A DNA stretch of 64,000 bases from positions 146,196,001-146,260,000 of the forward strand of contig JBITNC010000001.1 in the NCBI GenBank assembly GCA_050084985.1, in the 5' to 3' direction. A model generated the notes under the pieces. The model did not search any database, had not been told where the DNA came from, and was given only the letters and a program-made list of their open reading frames with translations. Within the stretch, counting starts at the first letter, position 1; every line of letters begins with the position of its first letter. This stretch comes from Nageia nagi (taxonomy: Eukaryota > Plantae > Pinophyta). The position numbers and the translations under genes were made by a program. This document shows, in pieces, positions 27,439-41,500 of this stretch.

Positions 27439-28400
27439 ACCTAGAAATTAGGATAGAAAGAGGATATATAATAGTTTGTTAGGAGTTCTTAATCCTAAAA
27501 AAGCATCTAGTTTATGGAAGGGCATGTTGGAAGTTGAAAACTCCTTTGGGAGAACTCCAAATGGGAAATTTGTAATGGAATGAATGCATTTATTGAGAAT
27601 GATATTTAGATCAATCACATCCAAATTTTCTAGTAGAATTAATGGTGAGATAGAATGATCTAGAATATGGAAAATGTTACGAGGAAAGTAAAAAACTATA
27701 CTAGGATAGTAGGTAAAGAAGTTACCTGATTCATTCCTTGGGTCCTTTCACTTAAAATATAAACTTAATTGCAACTTATTTGAAGGAAATTTGAAGGTTA
27801 TTTAGTTTTAAAAATTAATAGCATGACTATTTATTCTAAAAAAGTAGATATTTAATGTTAAAATTAGCTATTATTGACTCAATACAAATGAAAAATATGG
27901 TAGAATAGGATCATGTACCCATGTATGGACTAAGAAATTGATATCAAAAATATCCTTCTTCTTATGGTTCTCAATAGAATCCATACCAATGATAATATTT
28001 ACAAGAAAGATTTAATATTCCCTTACTACTGTTTCCTTTTATGATTAGTACAATAATTAATTGATCATTTAATTATCGATTGCAAATTTACTAAATGCAT
28101 ATGGAATGAAATATCTAGAAAAATAGTTAATAGAATCCTGAGGTGTAAGATCAAAAGTTATAGAAGAATTTATAGAGTAATGGGATATTGATTTTAGGAG
28201 GAAAAGGTTCAGACTAATCTAGAACATGTTATATACCTAACTTTATTGGCATATTTGGAAGGAATATAATATAGAATATTCAAGGGATGTAGAGATTCTA
28301 TAGTTAATATTATTAGGAATTTAATTAATACTTTTACTCAAACTACTTTGATATAGTGGTAGTTGGATCCTAGAAAGGATGCTAACATAGATATTTTACT
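26150..28400 (+). mobile_element. L1-type LINE ORF2 3' remnant
   Basis: EANALDRILDTYE (~26540), KNKLEELKGSMLTM...LPSIPINMSSIF (~26780-26880), decayed zinc finger DHL...CKF (~28070), WHIWKE (~28250). Confidence 0.7.
27093..27437. repeat. Compound (TA)n/(TG)n/(CA)n/(TACA)n microsatellite
   Basis: Read directly from the sequence. It explains the four spurious YI/CV/HT ORFs here. Confidence 0.97.
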
Positions 28401-28559
28401 TAATAGTTTCTACTTAGAGACATAAAAAACAAATCAACTTAGGAAGGAGTAGGCCAACATGAAATCTTATGATGAATCAAAAAGGTAACCTTGTCATCAA
28501 GATGGGAGACAACATAATGATTTATGTATTATCACATTTGCTTATTTATTATCCTCTTA

Positions 28560-29350
28560 ATTTAGCAGCCAAACATGGGAGACTCAAGTGCTTAAGAAAA
28601 TATGCATAAGGTGATATCCATATTTGGAGTGTAGTATATATCATGAGCACAAAGCTTATAAATATTGAATTATCTAGAAGGAGATCAAGATGGGATTTGC
28701 ATGTAGACTTAAGACAAAATATTATAGAGAAGTCATGGAAGATGCTAAGCATTAAAATATTATGGAGAAAAGTGGGTTAAGGGATTTCATGAATTGATGT
28801 TGTGGCCATGATGAATTTATTTCAAATAAGGTCATATATGGATAGAAGGATGACTATGATTAGAAGGTTCCATCAAAATACTACTTAACATGCATGTAAT
28901 AGTAGAAGATATATTGCGTAGCTTGGAGGGTTGGTGGTTCTACTATAATAGAAAGGTGATATATTATGAAATCAATACATTATTATGTAATGGAAAGAAT
29001 TTAGAAAAATACAATTTAGGATTATAGAGGATGATTCTTGGGGAGCCTTCAGACTACATGGATTTTTGGGTCATAAGGTATTTTACTATTAACAGTAACT
29101 TGTCCATGATTTTTTTACCCTTACCTAATTTTTCTTAATCAATCTAATGGAGGAATGAATGGAAGATCAACATACATTTCTCTCTTGTTAACTTATTGTA
29201 AAATTCACTTAACAACATAAAATATTTGAGGGTTATGGTACCAAAACATCAAGGCTTGATTCAATTGATGTACTAGGTGGATTTGGTCTTCCAATCTAGG
29301 AGTGAACCTATTCCATCCTTGGAGTCAAATTATTGTACTATGATTAATAA
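28560..29350 (+). mobile_element. Decayed accessory ORF, probably of an LTR retrotransposon
   Basis: Translates IMEKSGLRDFMN*CCGHDEFISNKVIYG*KD and FWVIRYFTIN. It sits immediately 5' of a purine-rich tract and the LTR at 29385. The resemblance to extra ORFs of gymnosperm LTR elements is from memory only. Confidence 0.3.
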
Positions 29351-29384
29351 TGAGTGGGTGGGTTAAGAATCTTTACAATTATTA

Positions 29385-31440
29385 GGTATGAATATGTTTT
29401 TTCAAAGTGTTTATTGGGGTTGCCATCCATAGTAGAAGAAAGGTTGGTTGATAATAATGACTATCAGTATGATATATGCAATGTAATTCTAGTTGAATAG
29501 AAAAAAATAGACTGATTATAGGTGATGATATTAGCAAGCAATGGTACTTCAAAATATACTAAGCATGGTCATTGAACTAATTCAAATTGAGTAATTTTGG
29601 GTGATGACATTAGTGTTGAGATTATTCCCTACTTTACACTAAGTTTGATAGTAAGTATGGAAGGTTAGCATGATGAGTCGCTAAAGTATTGGTGAAGGAA
29701 GAAAAAGGTACATGATACTAATGGATGATAGCATCAATCTAATATTCATTCAAAATATAATAATTATATTACTCCCAATCAAATAATCAAATAAGACATG
29801 AAATTTAGGACCAGTAAGCATCACAAATAAAAAGGCATTTGGTATTGTAATGTTAACATTTTCATGGTTGATCAAAATACACTAAGTCTAGTGGAGAAGA
29901 GAAAACAATGCAAAGGAAGATGTGTTCAGGACCACAAGGAGATTCATACCAAAATTATACTAGTTTTAGTCATAATATCATAGAAAAGAATTAATATAAT
30001 ATGACATATGATGTTAGTGAGGAGGTGCTTGTCAAAATAACACTATGTTTGATATATCATATGAAAAGGTTTCAAAGGTGAAGAAGTGAAGTACTAGACC
30101 AACATGATAAAAATAAAGCTCCTAGAGAGTGATATCATCAATTAGAAGGCTACATAAAATACTTTGAATCTAAAGATGAATTTGAAAAGGCTTCTTAACA
30201 ATGAATTTAAGCACTGGCAAGGGGAATAAGCTAATGAGTTATCGATATGTGATATCATCAAAATTAAGACATGAGAATATATACTAAACACCAATGGTTA
30301 GCTACCAAATTTACACTAAATCTAACACCTAAGGTGAGATTATGTTGAGAAAATAAGTTAAGGCATAAGTGAAGGAGAAATATAAAGGAGAAACTAGTAG
30401 ATGATATCAAGATGATGCAAGTGATAGAATACAAGGTATAATAATAATAATTCTAATTTACATGAAGCTTTGACATATGAAAGAGAGTTTTAGCTATTGA
30501 AATAAAGGTTGAAGCATAAATCTATTTTTTGATATCAAGAAAAGGGCTTGAATAGTAAGTGAAGTTACTAGTAAGGGAGTTCAAATACCAAATTGAAGAA
30601 TTAATAGTACATTTAATATTTAAAAATATGTAAAGGGTTTGAATAGTCACATGAATGAGATATCAGCTACTGATGGGAAAGAAATTGTGTTAGGAAGCAT
30701 AAATGAGATTCAAACTTCATGGAGAGGGTAGTAGAATTAAGTGTAGTGTACTAGATGCATGTGATAATTTTTATTAACTATTATCAACATTCAACTACAA
30801 TCAAAGGAATGGACATGTATGTTTATGAGTTATTATATAACTAGAAAAATGTTATTTCTATATTGAAATAAATTTAACATCTAAAGATAATAATTACATG
30901 TATTTATAACTACTAGAGATGCATATTAAGATGTTACTATTGCCAATAGTAATTAAATGAGTCATGTAATGAGTATTATATAGTCAAGGAACATATTAAG
31001 ATAAAATTACTATTGTAATAAGCAAGAGAAAGAAAAATAGAGTATGTATGTATTGTAATGAGAAAACAGGATAAAATAGAAGACTCTAGTATTTTGATAT
31101 TTGTATGTCATGTTAATAAAGATTAAACTGTTATAGATTGATAATGATAATAGGGAAGTGGCTATAAATATTGATAGCAATAATAAAATTGAGATAATTG
31201 TAAGAGTGAAGGTTGAAGAGATAGACCATTGAGGGTCCTTGAGTAAGGATTTGATAATTCATTATCAAAAATTGGTGAATTGTTAGTTTATGAAGTTGGT
31301 ACTTGGCAAGGGAATGGTGTTCCCTTTAGTTGGTATGTGTAAAGTAGGAAGGGGTTGATTATCCTTTTAATTACAACTAATAAACTTGGGATTGGTGCTC
31401 CATGCAATAGTTGATGGTAAACTATTTATAAATTTGGTAC
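29385..31440 (+). mobile_element. Long LTR remnant, same family as the copia-3 LTR, opposite orientation
   Basis: Reverse-complement homology to ~41190-43577 (e.g. AGGAAGCATAAA.GAGATTCAAAC, GGAACATATTAAGATAAA, GGGAAGTGGCTAT). TATA-like GCTATAAATA at 31161. Confidence 0.8.
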
Positions 31441-31479
31441 TTTGTAATAGCTACATTTGGACCATGATCCAAATAGTCT

Positions 31480-33215
31480 TATCTAGAGATGTAGCTACAT
31501 TATTGAACCTTGTTATATCTTTTGTGATGTTTGGGATATAACTTCTTTGAATAAAACCAATTTTATTAGGTTGGATAATCATACATAGTAGTAGATGAAT
31601 ATTTAAGGATAAATCACTTGTAATAATTTTTTGAATCACATTAAAAAGAATAATAGGTCTCTAATTTGTGATAAGCTCTTGAACACTAACCTTAAGAATG
31701 AATTGAACATTAGCTTTATTAAAGTGATATCCTAACAAACAAAAAATTATAGCTTCTTTATACACATTAAGCAAGTTAGGACCTAATATATCCAATAATT
31801 ATTTATACAACTCACAAAAAAATTCATCCAAGCTAGTTTTTTTAATACTAGCCATATGTGTTAAGGATTGTATGAGATCCTCTAGAGATAGAGGCTTTTC
31901 TTAAGCCTCTATTTGCACTGGAGTGAGTTTTTGAAGAACAACAAAGTAATATTCATGTAAAGGATATTGATAAGTTGTAACTTATTTAGTAAAGAAGAAA
32001 ATATCTTTTGATAATTAAAATAAAGGCTTAGATATTATAAAGAATATAAGTGTATGAAACCCCTTCAACTTGAATAGATTGAAATTGAGTATGTAATGCA
32101 TGGGACATATCGTCATGAAAATTTCTTTAAAATTCCTATCCCATACTTTTATTCAATGCATATGAGAATAAATATAGGATCCTTTGGCTTAATAAATTTT
32201 AGCTTTATTAAGATCATGTTGTAAGGTAACCACTTCACATTGGAAGGAGACAATAAAATATCAAGATTCAATTCTAACAATCTTTAGTGGCATAATAATT
32301 AAGTGCAAAATTTAGTGACCTTTTATGATAATCTAATTCCACTCCAAAAGTTTATTATTTTTTTAGTATGCTGGATCATAATTTTCTTTTATGTTGTATC
32401 ATAAAGTTCCACCATTAAAGATTTCATAATCAAATTCCAGATTCTATGAATTGAGAGGAGAAGGTATGAGGTATAGTTCTTTTCTTCACAATAGTGAGCA
32501 TAAGGGGGCTATGATCAGAAACCATGTTGTTAGGTATAGCTAGCATATTATAAAGAATCAATTGATTTTGAAAACACTAAAAAAAAAATATTCAACTATC
32601 ATGGCTCTTTCTAACTGATTAAAAAAACCTAGTAGAACCTTTCTAGAAATTAGATGAAGTAATCCACAAGTATTGAGGAATGATTGAAGGTGAGAAACAA
32701 GAATTGGGATCAAATAATTTAAACCAACTCTTGATATAGAATCAACCTTCCTATTCCCCCATGCACCACTTTATAATAGTTGAACTGATATTAAAATCAC
32801 TATAAAGTACTTAGGTGGAGGAAGAGAAAAATATGGAAACCAATGCTAATGAATACATAATTCAAGAGAACCATTAAAAGCATAAATATTAACAAATGCA
32901 AATATCTTTCAACCAATATTGATTATGGTGTGTAGTTCATGATTTGAGGGATCAACATCTCAAATTGAAATATACATATAACACTCAGCTGAAATGAAAA
33001 TGATGGGTTATTTTTAAAGAGAAAAAATAGCATTATAAAAAGTATTACATGGCTAAATAATAATATGGTAAACTACAAATTAAAGGAAGTAATATTTATT
33101 TCTCTTAAATAAGTAAAAAAATAGCCATATAATAATAAATATATAATTACCAATATGCTATAGATAAAATATTTACAAACTAGATCTATTAATCCTCTCA
33201 TATTCAAAGAAAAAA
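31480..33215 (-). mobile_element. L1/Tx1-type LINE ORF2 5' remnant (endonuclease plus start of RT)
   Basis: SLNMRGL (~33200), FVNIYAFN (~32880), SDFNI (~32795), VSDHSP (~32515), N*RP (~31660), PNKIGFIQR (~31560). Confidence 0.75.
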
Positions 33216-33239
33216 TAATTATTAGCATTTTTTAGAATT

Positions 33240-33440
33240 GATAATATCCATTACATCCTTCATATCTTTGGAATTTATAAGACAACCAAAGTTATTGGAA
33301 ATATTCATGTCATCATCAGTGCATCACACTTTATTCACTCCATTAAATATAAGTTCCTCATATCACCCTAAAATAGATGATCAAATTGAAGATGTAAGTA
33401 AGATCTTAAAAGAAATGTTAAAAATGTAATACATGGATAA
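33240..33440 (+). mobile_element. Ty3/gypsy integrase fragment
   Basis: SSSYHPKIDDQIEDVSKILKEML matches the STAYHPQTDGQTEVVNRxLEDML integrase motif. Confidence 0.7.
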
Positions 33441-34519
33441 CTTAATAATGTTAAGATATTAGATTATTTCACTTAAAAATATTTTTTCTAACCGATTTTA
33501 TAGTGCCCTATATTAGGGAAGAAAACTCAAACAAAAGACAAATTAAAAATAAATCTTAAAAATTCTTATCTAAAATCTTGCTTAAAATATCCTTACTAAA
33601 ATAGAAGGTACATTGTATCTCAAGATATATTTTGGCATATATCTCTTTCTAAGTTGAGTCTTATGGAAGAATAAAACTATTATCTTGATATTCCATGCAT
33701 GAGAAAACTCTTATTAGGAATGAATTCACTATGGGAAAAAGATTATTGATCATGGGTTAGATGACACATAAGTAGCTAGAAGAGGAGATTATTGGCTATA
33801 TGTTTGAATTTGTATTCCAAATTTATCAACTCTTTTATTTTGTATTAAAAATTGATTATCATTTCTTGAACTATTGTGGTCATGATGTTCATTATAGTAT
33901 AACAAGATCTAAAACTCTTTACTTATGCTCTAAGAATTTTATATAATTTCTTGAAATCATATGGTCTTAATTATGATTCCAATATAATGACATTTGAAAC
34001 CCTTTTACTTATGATACATTTTGATGGAGTGACCTTGCATATACATATTATAGTACATTTGGATTTTGATTATGTATTGTGAATGTTTTTTTGAATGGAT
34101 CATATGTTTTGAATTCATGTTACTATATCATGAGTTCACTATTTTGAATTCATAGTGTGTATACAGAGTCATTTCTATGAGCTTAATTATTAATATATGT
34201 AGTTTGAGTTCCTATACAATACAATTTGGGTTCATTTTTTCTCTCATTAAATTAATATATTTTCTATAAAGTTGTTTGTTGATTTTGTTCAATATCAAAG
34301 AACTATTTTCATGAAAGTATTAGTTTTGAAATACCTATTGAATTTGTGTATTCATCATTGGCTTTTGCCATACTACATTTGAAGTTTCTACAAAATATTG
34401 ACCTATGTATGGAAGCATTTAACATTGAAATATTTCATCTATTGTTGAAACCATTGATTTATGAAGGCCTTAAATAGACTATTAGTATAAGTTAGTTATA
34501 CATAATTTAGCAAGTAATA

Positions 34520-35500
34520 TATTTTTTACTCCATTAAATATACAAAATAAATAATGTGAACATAAAACAGTAAACAAAATCTAAACCACAAATGAGGAGA
34601 AAAGAAAATTAACAAGATTCACCTATTGTGCACTACATTCTTGGAGAAGTTATCAGTCCTTGTTCTTGGAACCATTACATCCAAAAAATATAAATCAAGA
34701 ACATGTCCTCTATGGTTCTATATCTAATTAACAGTCAATGTTAGAGATTAGACTTATAGATTTTAATCAATCTCTATATATCTCTCTAATAGATATTGCC
34801 AATCTATAATGCTCAACTCATACACAATAATAGTACACCTTTAATCTATCCATTATGGTCTATATATAATATCATACACTTTATAAACAACATAATATCC
34901 AGCTTGGTTTTGCATATCGTATTGTAATTCCTAAAAAATCTTCCAATCATCATTCAATCATAAATGAAAATTCTATCCTAGCTTTGCATAATTTATTGAA
35001 ATTCCAATGTAGCTTTATTTATCCAACTGCTTATTATTTGTTACTAGACTTTTGGTAGCATGTTTTGTATTGCTAATTGATCTCCATCCCAATAATTTTC
35101 CACTTGGTGAATGATACATTACTCTATAAAATAAGGTACTAAAAAGCTTCTCATCTTGGCCTCTTACTCCTTGAGATAAATAAAATTTAGAAAGTAGCTC
35201 AATTTCTCCTTTGTCATAACTTTTATCAACATGTTTGCTTACTTTTCAGAGGTGTGAATTTTTCCAAGTCTGATTGAACAATCCTCAATGTTGATATGAT
35301 GAAATGATATCTTATCTAAATGTACTTTTTAATAGAGTGAAATGCCAAGTTCTTTACAAGATGAATAGCACTCTAGCTATCACTCCATAGAGTTGCATGC
35401 CCTTGATCCTTTCCATACTCCTCCATTAATCTTTTCAACCACATTAGCTCCTTTCTTTTCTTAGTAGCAACAACATACTCTGATTCACTAGTAGATATAG
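34520..35500 (-). mobile_element. Copia 3' remnant: RNase H, PPT and 3' LTR (Tnt1-like)
   Basis: STSESEYV...KELMWLKRLMEE...SDS*SAIHLVKN.AFHS..K.I*IRYHFI. PPT-like CCAAGTGGAAAATT at ~35095-35107. The left LTR boundary is approximate. Confidence 0.75.
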
Positions 35501-35504
35501 ACCT

Positions 35505-38500
35505 CAATCTCATCATGTAATATACTTCTTACTATGTTGATATTATATTGAAAATAATGAAAATATTTCTCTATTAACAATCTCTCCCTTCGGAATTTTT
35601 AAAAATATACATGAATGATAATTGCCACTACTTGTTCTCTCCCACTTTGATAAGAATAACAAAGGGCTATAGAATTCACTTAAGTATATACATATCATTA
35701 TCAAGCATACATTAGTAAAATAATGAGTAAAAATTAGGTGAAATGAATATAATAAAAAAGGAAGCTCCCCCTTAAGTTGCACATCAAGTGCTTGAGTAAT
35801 ATTTTGAAAGAATAACAACTCCTAATTTTTATCTCTAATATTCAAACATTTCCTTAAGTAAAGACTTTATAAAAATATCTACAACTTGCTTTGTTGTAAG
35901 AATAAATTCTAACATAAATTCATATTCTCCAACTTTCTCTTTAAAAAAATGATAGCAAATAGCTATGTACTTATTTCTTGAGTACATCATTGGATTTTTA
36001 AAATATTTATAGAACTTGTATTCTCACACATAATTGAAATTAGCTCACTGAAATGAATGCCTAGGTATTTCATACTTTGCTTTATCCATAGTACCTATAT
36101 GGAACAAGAGGCTACTACAATGTATTCATATTGATGTGGAGAGTGATAAATATTCTTGTTTCTTATTGTGCCATGCAACAAGAATATCATCAAAATATGA
36201 TTATCTACCACTCATACCTTTTTTATCATTAATACAATGAATCCAATCTACATTCAAGTAGGCAGTGAGAGTGAACTCCTTTACCCTTGAATACCATAAT
36301 ATAAACTCCATTACTGCTTTAATATATTTGAATTTTCTCTTTATTGCTATGATGTGAATATATTTAGGATTATCTTGAAATATTTCAACCATACACACTA
36401 CATGTAATATATATGTCCTAGATACAGTTAAATCCAATAAACCACTGATAATTGATCTATATAGAGTTTGATCAATAGAGGATGAATTATCTTCTTTACA
36501 TAGTGTATAACTTGTCATCATGGGATTACTTATAGGCTTATTTTCCTCCCTTTTAAAGTTCTTCAATATTTCCTTTACATACTTGGTTTTACATATGATT
36601 ATACCTTTATCTAGTTTATTCACTTGCTAATGAGGAAAGTATGATAACTTTCCAACCATAGATATCTAAAATATATTTTTCATATAATTAGAAAATTCTT
36701 TACATATATCATTTTTCCATCCATTGCATATGATATCATGTACATAGATAGTAATGATAAGTTGATAATTATGTTTAGTTTTAACATATAGGTTACCATG
36801 TGTCATAACCTTTTTAAACCTTTTCTATAGAAGATAATTATCTATCCATGAGAACCATGAACAACATTCTTATTTTAGGTTACATAAATCCTTTTTCAAT
36901 CTACAAACTATATTGGTATCTCTTGCTAGTTGAAAGCCATTCTATTGTTCAACGTAAACTTCTTCTAGGTTGCCATTCGAAAATATACATTTGATATCTA
37001 TTTTATATATCTTAAATTTCTTGTATGGTGGTAATGCTAGTAACATCCTAATTACATCCAATCTTTCTACCTACGTAAAAAATTCATTAGAATCAATTTC
37101 TTCTATTTGAATAAATCCTTTATAAACTAATCTAGCTTTATTTCTAACCACCTTTCCCTCTTTATTCTACTTGTTCGTAAAGACCCACATTGTACTAATA
37201 ACATTCTTGTTATCCAATCTAGAAACCAATTGCCATATCTTGTTCTTATTCATATGATTCAACTCTAGTTCCATTTCCTTAACCTAGCTTTCATCTTTTA
37301 TTACTTTTGTAATATTTCTTAATTCAAAATAAGAAAGTAACATATAATTTATGTGGTCTTGAGTTTGGATAACTCTCCTTCTTGTTTGAACAACAATATG
37401 AAAATGTCCAATCATTTGTTGGCTTGTATGGTTTAATTACAAATGTTTTGTAGTTGCTTTTGGTTAGCTATGTGGTGATGAATTAGATGTTGCTTGTGGT
37501 AATCCCTTAGGTTATGTTGTTGGTGATTGTTATGGAGAGACTGATGGTGATGATCATGGTGAGGAGTATGGTAATGGATTAGGTGAGAATAGTGATGATT
37601 TTCCTCTTCTCTATCTTCATATATGGGATGATTATTATAGTTTTTTGACACTTGATCATTTCCTTCATCAACCTTTATATCTAAACTTTCCACAACCTTT
37701 CCAATTAACTTATTGTTGCATTAGTAGAATTTTCTTTTTCATGAGTAGCCATGAAAAATTCCTTCCTTAGCTCTATCTTCAAACTTATTAATATTTTATT
37801 TAGTATTTCTTATTTAACATTTAGTTCCAAAGATTTTAAAATATTTGAATGTAGAATTTCTTACAAACCATAACCTATATGGTAGTTTATTTTCATTTGG
37901 TCTAAGCATACATCTATTCTAAATGTGGATAACTATGTGTATTGCCTCTTTCCAAAACTTATCATTTATATTATGCTTAGTCATCATTATTATAGCCATA
38001 TCTTATACTATTCTACTCTTTATTTCTACAACACCATTTTTGTGGTGTTTTAGTAGCTAAAAATTATCTTTTGATGTCATATTTCTAACAGTATTTGGTA
38101 AACTCTACAAAAATGAATTATTCTCCTCCATACAATATGAGACATTTGATTATTCTACAATTCTAATTTTTAATCATGTTATTGAAACTCACAAACATAT
38201 CAAAACCTTTTGATTTATACTTTAAAATATGTGACCATATCATTCTTAAGTAGTCATCTATAAATAATATAAAGCATTTATTACCATTCATACTTTTCAT
38301 TCTAGTTCATCCACATAGATCAATATGAACTAACTCAAAAGGTTTACTAGAATAATGTTCTTTATCCTTGAATTAGGTTTTGGTTTGCTTTCCTTTCTGA
38401 TATGGAAGATACATGTTGTTGGATGGCTTGGAGATGCTTAGCATATCCCTCATTGCCTCCTTTGTACTGGTGTTCTTTAAACTTTCAAAATTAATGTGTC

Positions 38501-41500
38501 CAAGTCTCTTGTACCATAACTAGGTAGTATATTGTTATCCAAGAAAATAAGATCCTTTAGTGTTTCAATTACAATATATAAATTATCTTTTATCTTCATT
38601 CTAGTTTTGACAAGTCATCTACCTTTTTATCTACTTCTTTCATATGCATATCTTGTGGATATCACATCATTACCTTTATCACATATTTGGTTGACACTCA
38701 ATAGGTTATGTTTCAATCAAATAACAAAGAGTACTTCTTCATAATTCATCTTTCCATTTTTCATTTTCACATATCCTTTACCAACTATTTTGGTACCATA
38801 ATTATTTTCAAACTTGATTGAACATCATTTGTATTATTGTATATTCTCAAAGTTTTAATTGTGCCTCATCTTGTGCTTTCTACAAATGCTATCAACAATC
38901 TAGGATCATGGCTTTTTCTCAACCTTAAGAGCTACTTGATAAATTAATGATTTAGTTGCATCTTTATTTCTCTTTTTCCACTCTTTTTGAACTTTTGCAT
39001 TCTTCTCATAAACTTCTATTTTAGTTATTTTATGATTCTTCTTATTTGATTTGGATGAAGTGATTGCCTTACTTCTACAAAACTTTACTATGTGGCCATT
39101 ATTGTGATATTTAAAGCATTCCATGTTATTTTCTATTAAGATAACAAAAACATTTTGACATATAAAGTTGGTTGGTTTAATATTTAATCTATAATCAACA
39201 ACTAATGACTACACTTATAATAGTAACCAAAGAAGGCATTTTTGGAGCCAGGATAGGAATTATAAAATCTATTTGAATGATATTTATTATCATTTGATAT
39301 TCTTGTAAATATTATTATTTGCTAATCAACTATTGTTAATCTATAATAGTTAACAGCTTTTTTATTTATAGGTTTGCTAGTATTTATCTTCAAATCCTTG
39401 CTAATATCTTTCATTTATTACTTTGTATAAGGTGGCTTATGTTCAACTTTAGGTTCCTCTTTATTTAATGAACTTAAGGTATTACCTAGTTCAAATCCAA
39501 AACCAAACATAATCATTTGATACCTTTGTGCATTTAGTATCTTATTTAACTATTATGAGCTTTTGTTAAACCTGTAGCTTACACTAGCTTGTGTGGATAA
39601 CTTTTCAATCCCATTTCTTAAGTTAATTATATCCTCTTTAATATTATGATACATATCAATTCTTTTAGCTAGTTGAGTTTATTGATTTTCTTCTATTGCT
39701 TTAGCCTCAAATAATGAGACTAACAACTCTGGGACTTTATTATTCAATTCATCTTGTTTCTTGCTCATTTTTTTGTTTAAATTTCTTTCTAGAACAAGAT
39801 CTTCAAAACTAGAGATCAGTTCACCTTCCCAATATATGTTAGCCTCTACCTCATCATACTAAGGCTCTTATATTAGATTCAAATGTCATAAAATAGAGAA
39901 TAATCATGATCAACTTCTTGTTCATTGCTTTTCTTGTCATCAGAATCACTTTTTTTTTTTAAGATAAAGTTTTTCTTATTATTGCTAGATTTTCTAAAGC
40001 TCTTAGTATTTTTTTTATAATTATCACATCTATATTTACTTGCATAATCATTATTATGATTCCTATCTTTATAGGGATATTTATGTAAAAATGACCAACA
40101 ACTCCATGGTTAAAGCATTTGAAGGGGAGCTTACCTTTGTATTTTCTTTGATCCCTATTGATCTCTCCATTAAAAATTTAATTCTTAAAAATCTAATGGC
40201 TCATCTTCATATGAACCTTCTTTAGATTTAGAACTCCTAGAAAATTTGAAAATAACTTTCTTATCTCTAAATTTAGTCTTACCAATCCTCATTTCATAAG
40301 TAATAAATGCTCCATGCATTCCATCCAAAGAGAAAGCATTCAAATCCTTTGCCCCTTCAATAATTGATACTTTGGTATCAAATCTAGTGATAATGATATT
40401 AAGATCTTCTTGACAATCATGTTATCAACATTCTACTTTCCTAATCACCTAATGGAATTGATCATTTAAATAAATCTAAGAACATAGAATACAATATTCT
40501 CTTCATTATTAATATTCAACCCTTCAAACTAAGATCTAAACATTTGCAACTTAGTCATCTTTATCTTATCATTATCTTAATGGATGATTTATATTTTATC
40601 CCACATTCCTTTTGTATATTTGCATTCTCTAATATTTACTAGCTTTCTATAGACTAGTTTACACATAATTGCATTCTTTTCTTTAGAATCATTTTCATAA
40701 AGTTTCTTACTAGTTGCATCAGTTGGAAGAGTAGGAAATGTATATCCTAATTTAACAACATCCAATATATGAAATCCTAGGGTACAAGATATGTTTGTAT
40801 TCTAAGCCTATAAAAGGCATAATTAGTTATATCAACTATAGATGCTTTATTATATAAACAACCTTCTCTAGTCAACATAGTGTCACTCCTTGGATCCCCC
40901 TTAGTTGATTAGGCCTATTAAAGAAACTTGTCTTTGATACAAAGTATTGAACTCCAAGTGATGATGAGAAAGGGGATGAATCAATGTGATAAATTAAAAT
41001 ATAATTTTTTAACTAACCAATTAAAATAGAGTAGACAAAAAATTAAATAGAGTAAGCACTAGAAGAAGACATTATACAACATAATATATAATGATGTTCA
41101 CCAAAGTGGCTACATCCCCAAATAAGATTTCTAGGTTCATAGTCCAAATCCAACTATTAGAAAGCATCAACAATACAAAAATTTTATTGACATCAACCAA
41201 ATGGAGAATCAAACCTAAATTTATTAGCTCTAACTGAAAGTAGCACCAATCTCTTCTTGCTTTACCAAAACCAATCAAAGGGAATACCAATCCCTCTTGT
41301 CAAGTACCAACTTAAAAAACTAATAGTTCAAAAAAAGTTGATAAGAAATTTTCAAAGCCTTACTTAAATACCCTCATTGGTCTAGTTATTCAACCTTCAC
41401 TCTACTAGCTATCATTAATTGAATCTTGTTAATAGTCATCATAGCCACTTCCCTATCATATTTACCAATCTATAATAATTTTAACATTGTTGATATTACA

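Noticed and set aside
27076-27482. Four overlapping 91-101 aa ORFs
   Set aside because: Translations of the dinucleotide microsatellite.
29385-35505. Inversion explaining the missing 3' LTR of copia-3
   Set aside because: The plus-strand LTR appears to contain its own first ~75 bp and lacks the 300-bp internal duplication, so it is more likely an independent family member.
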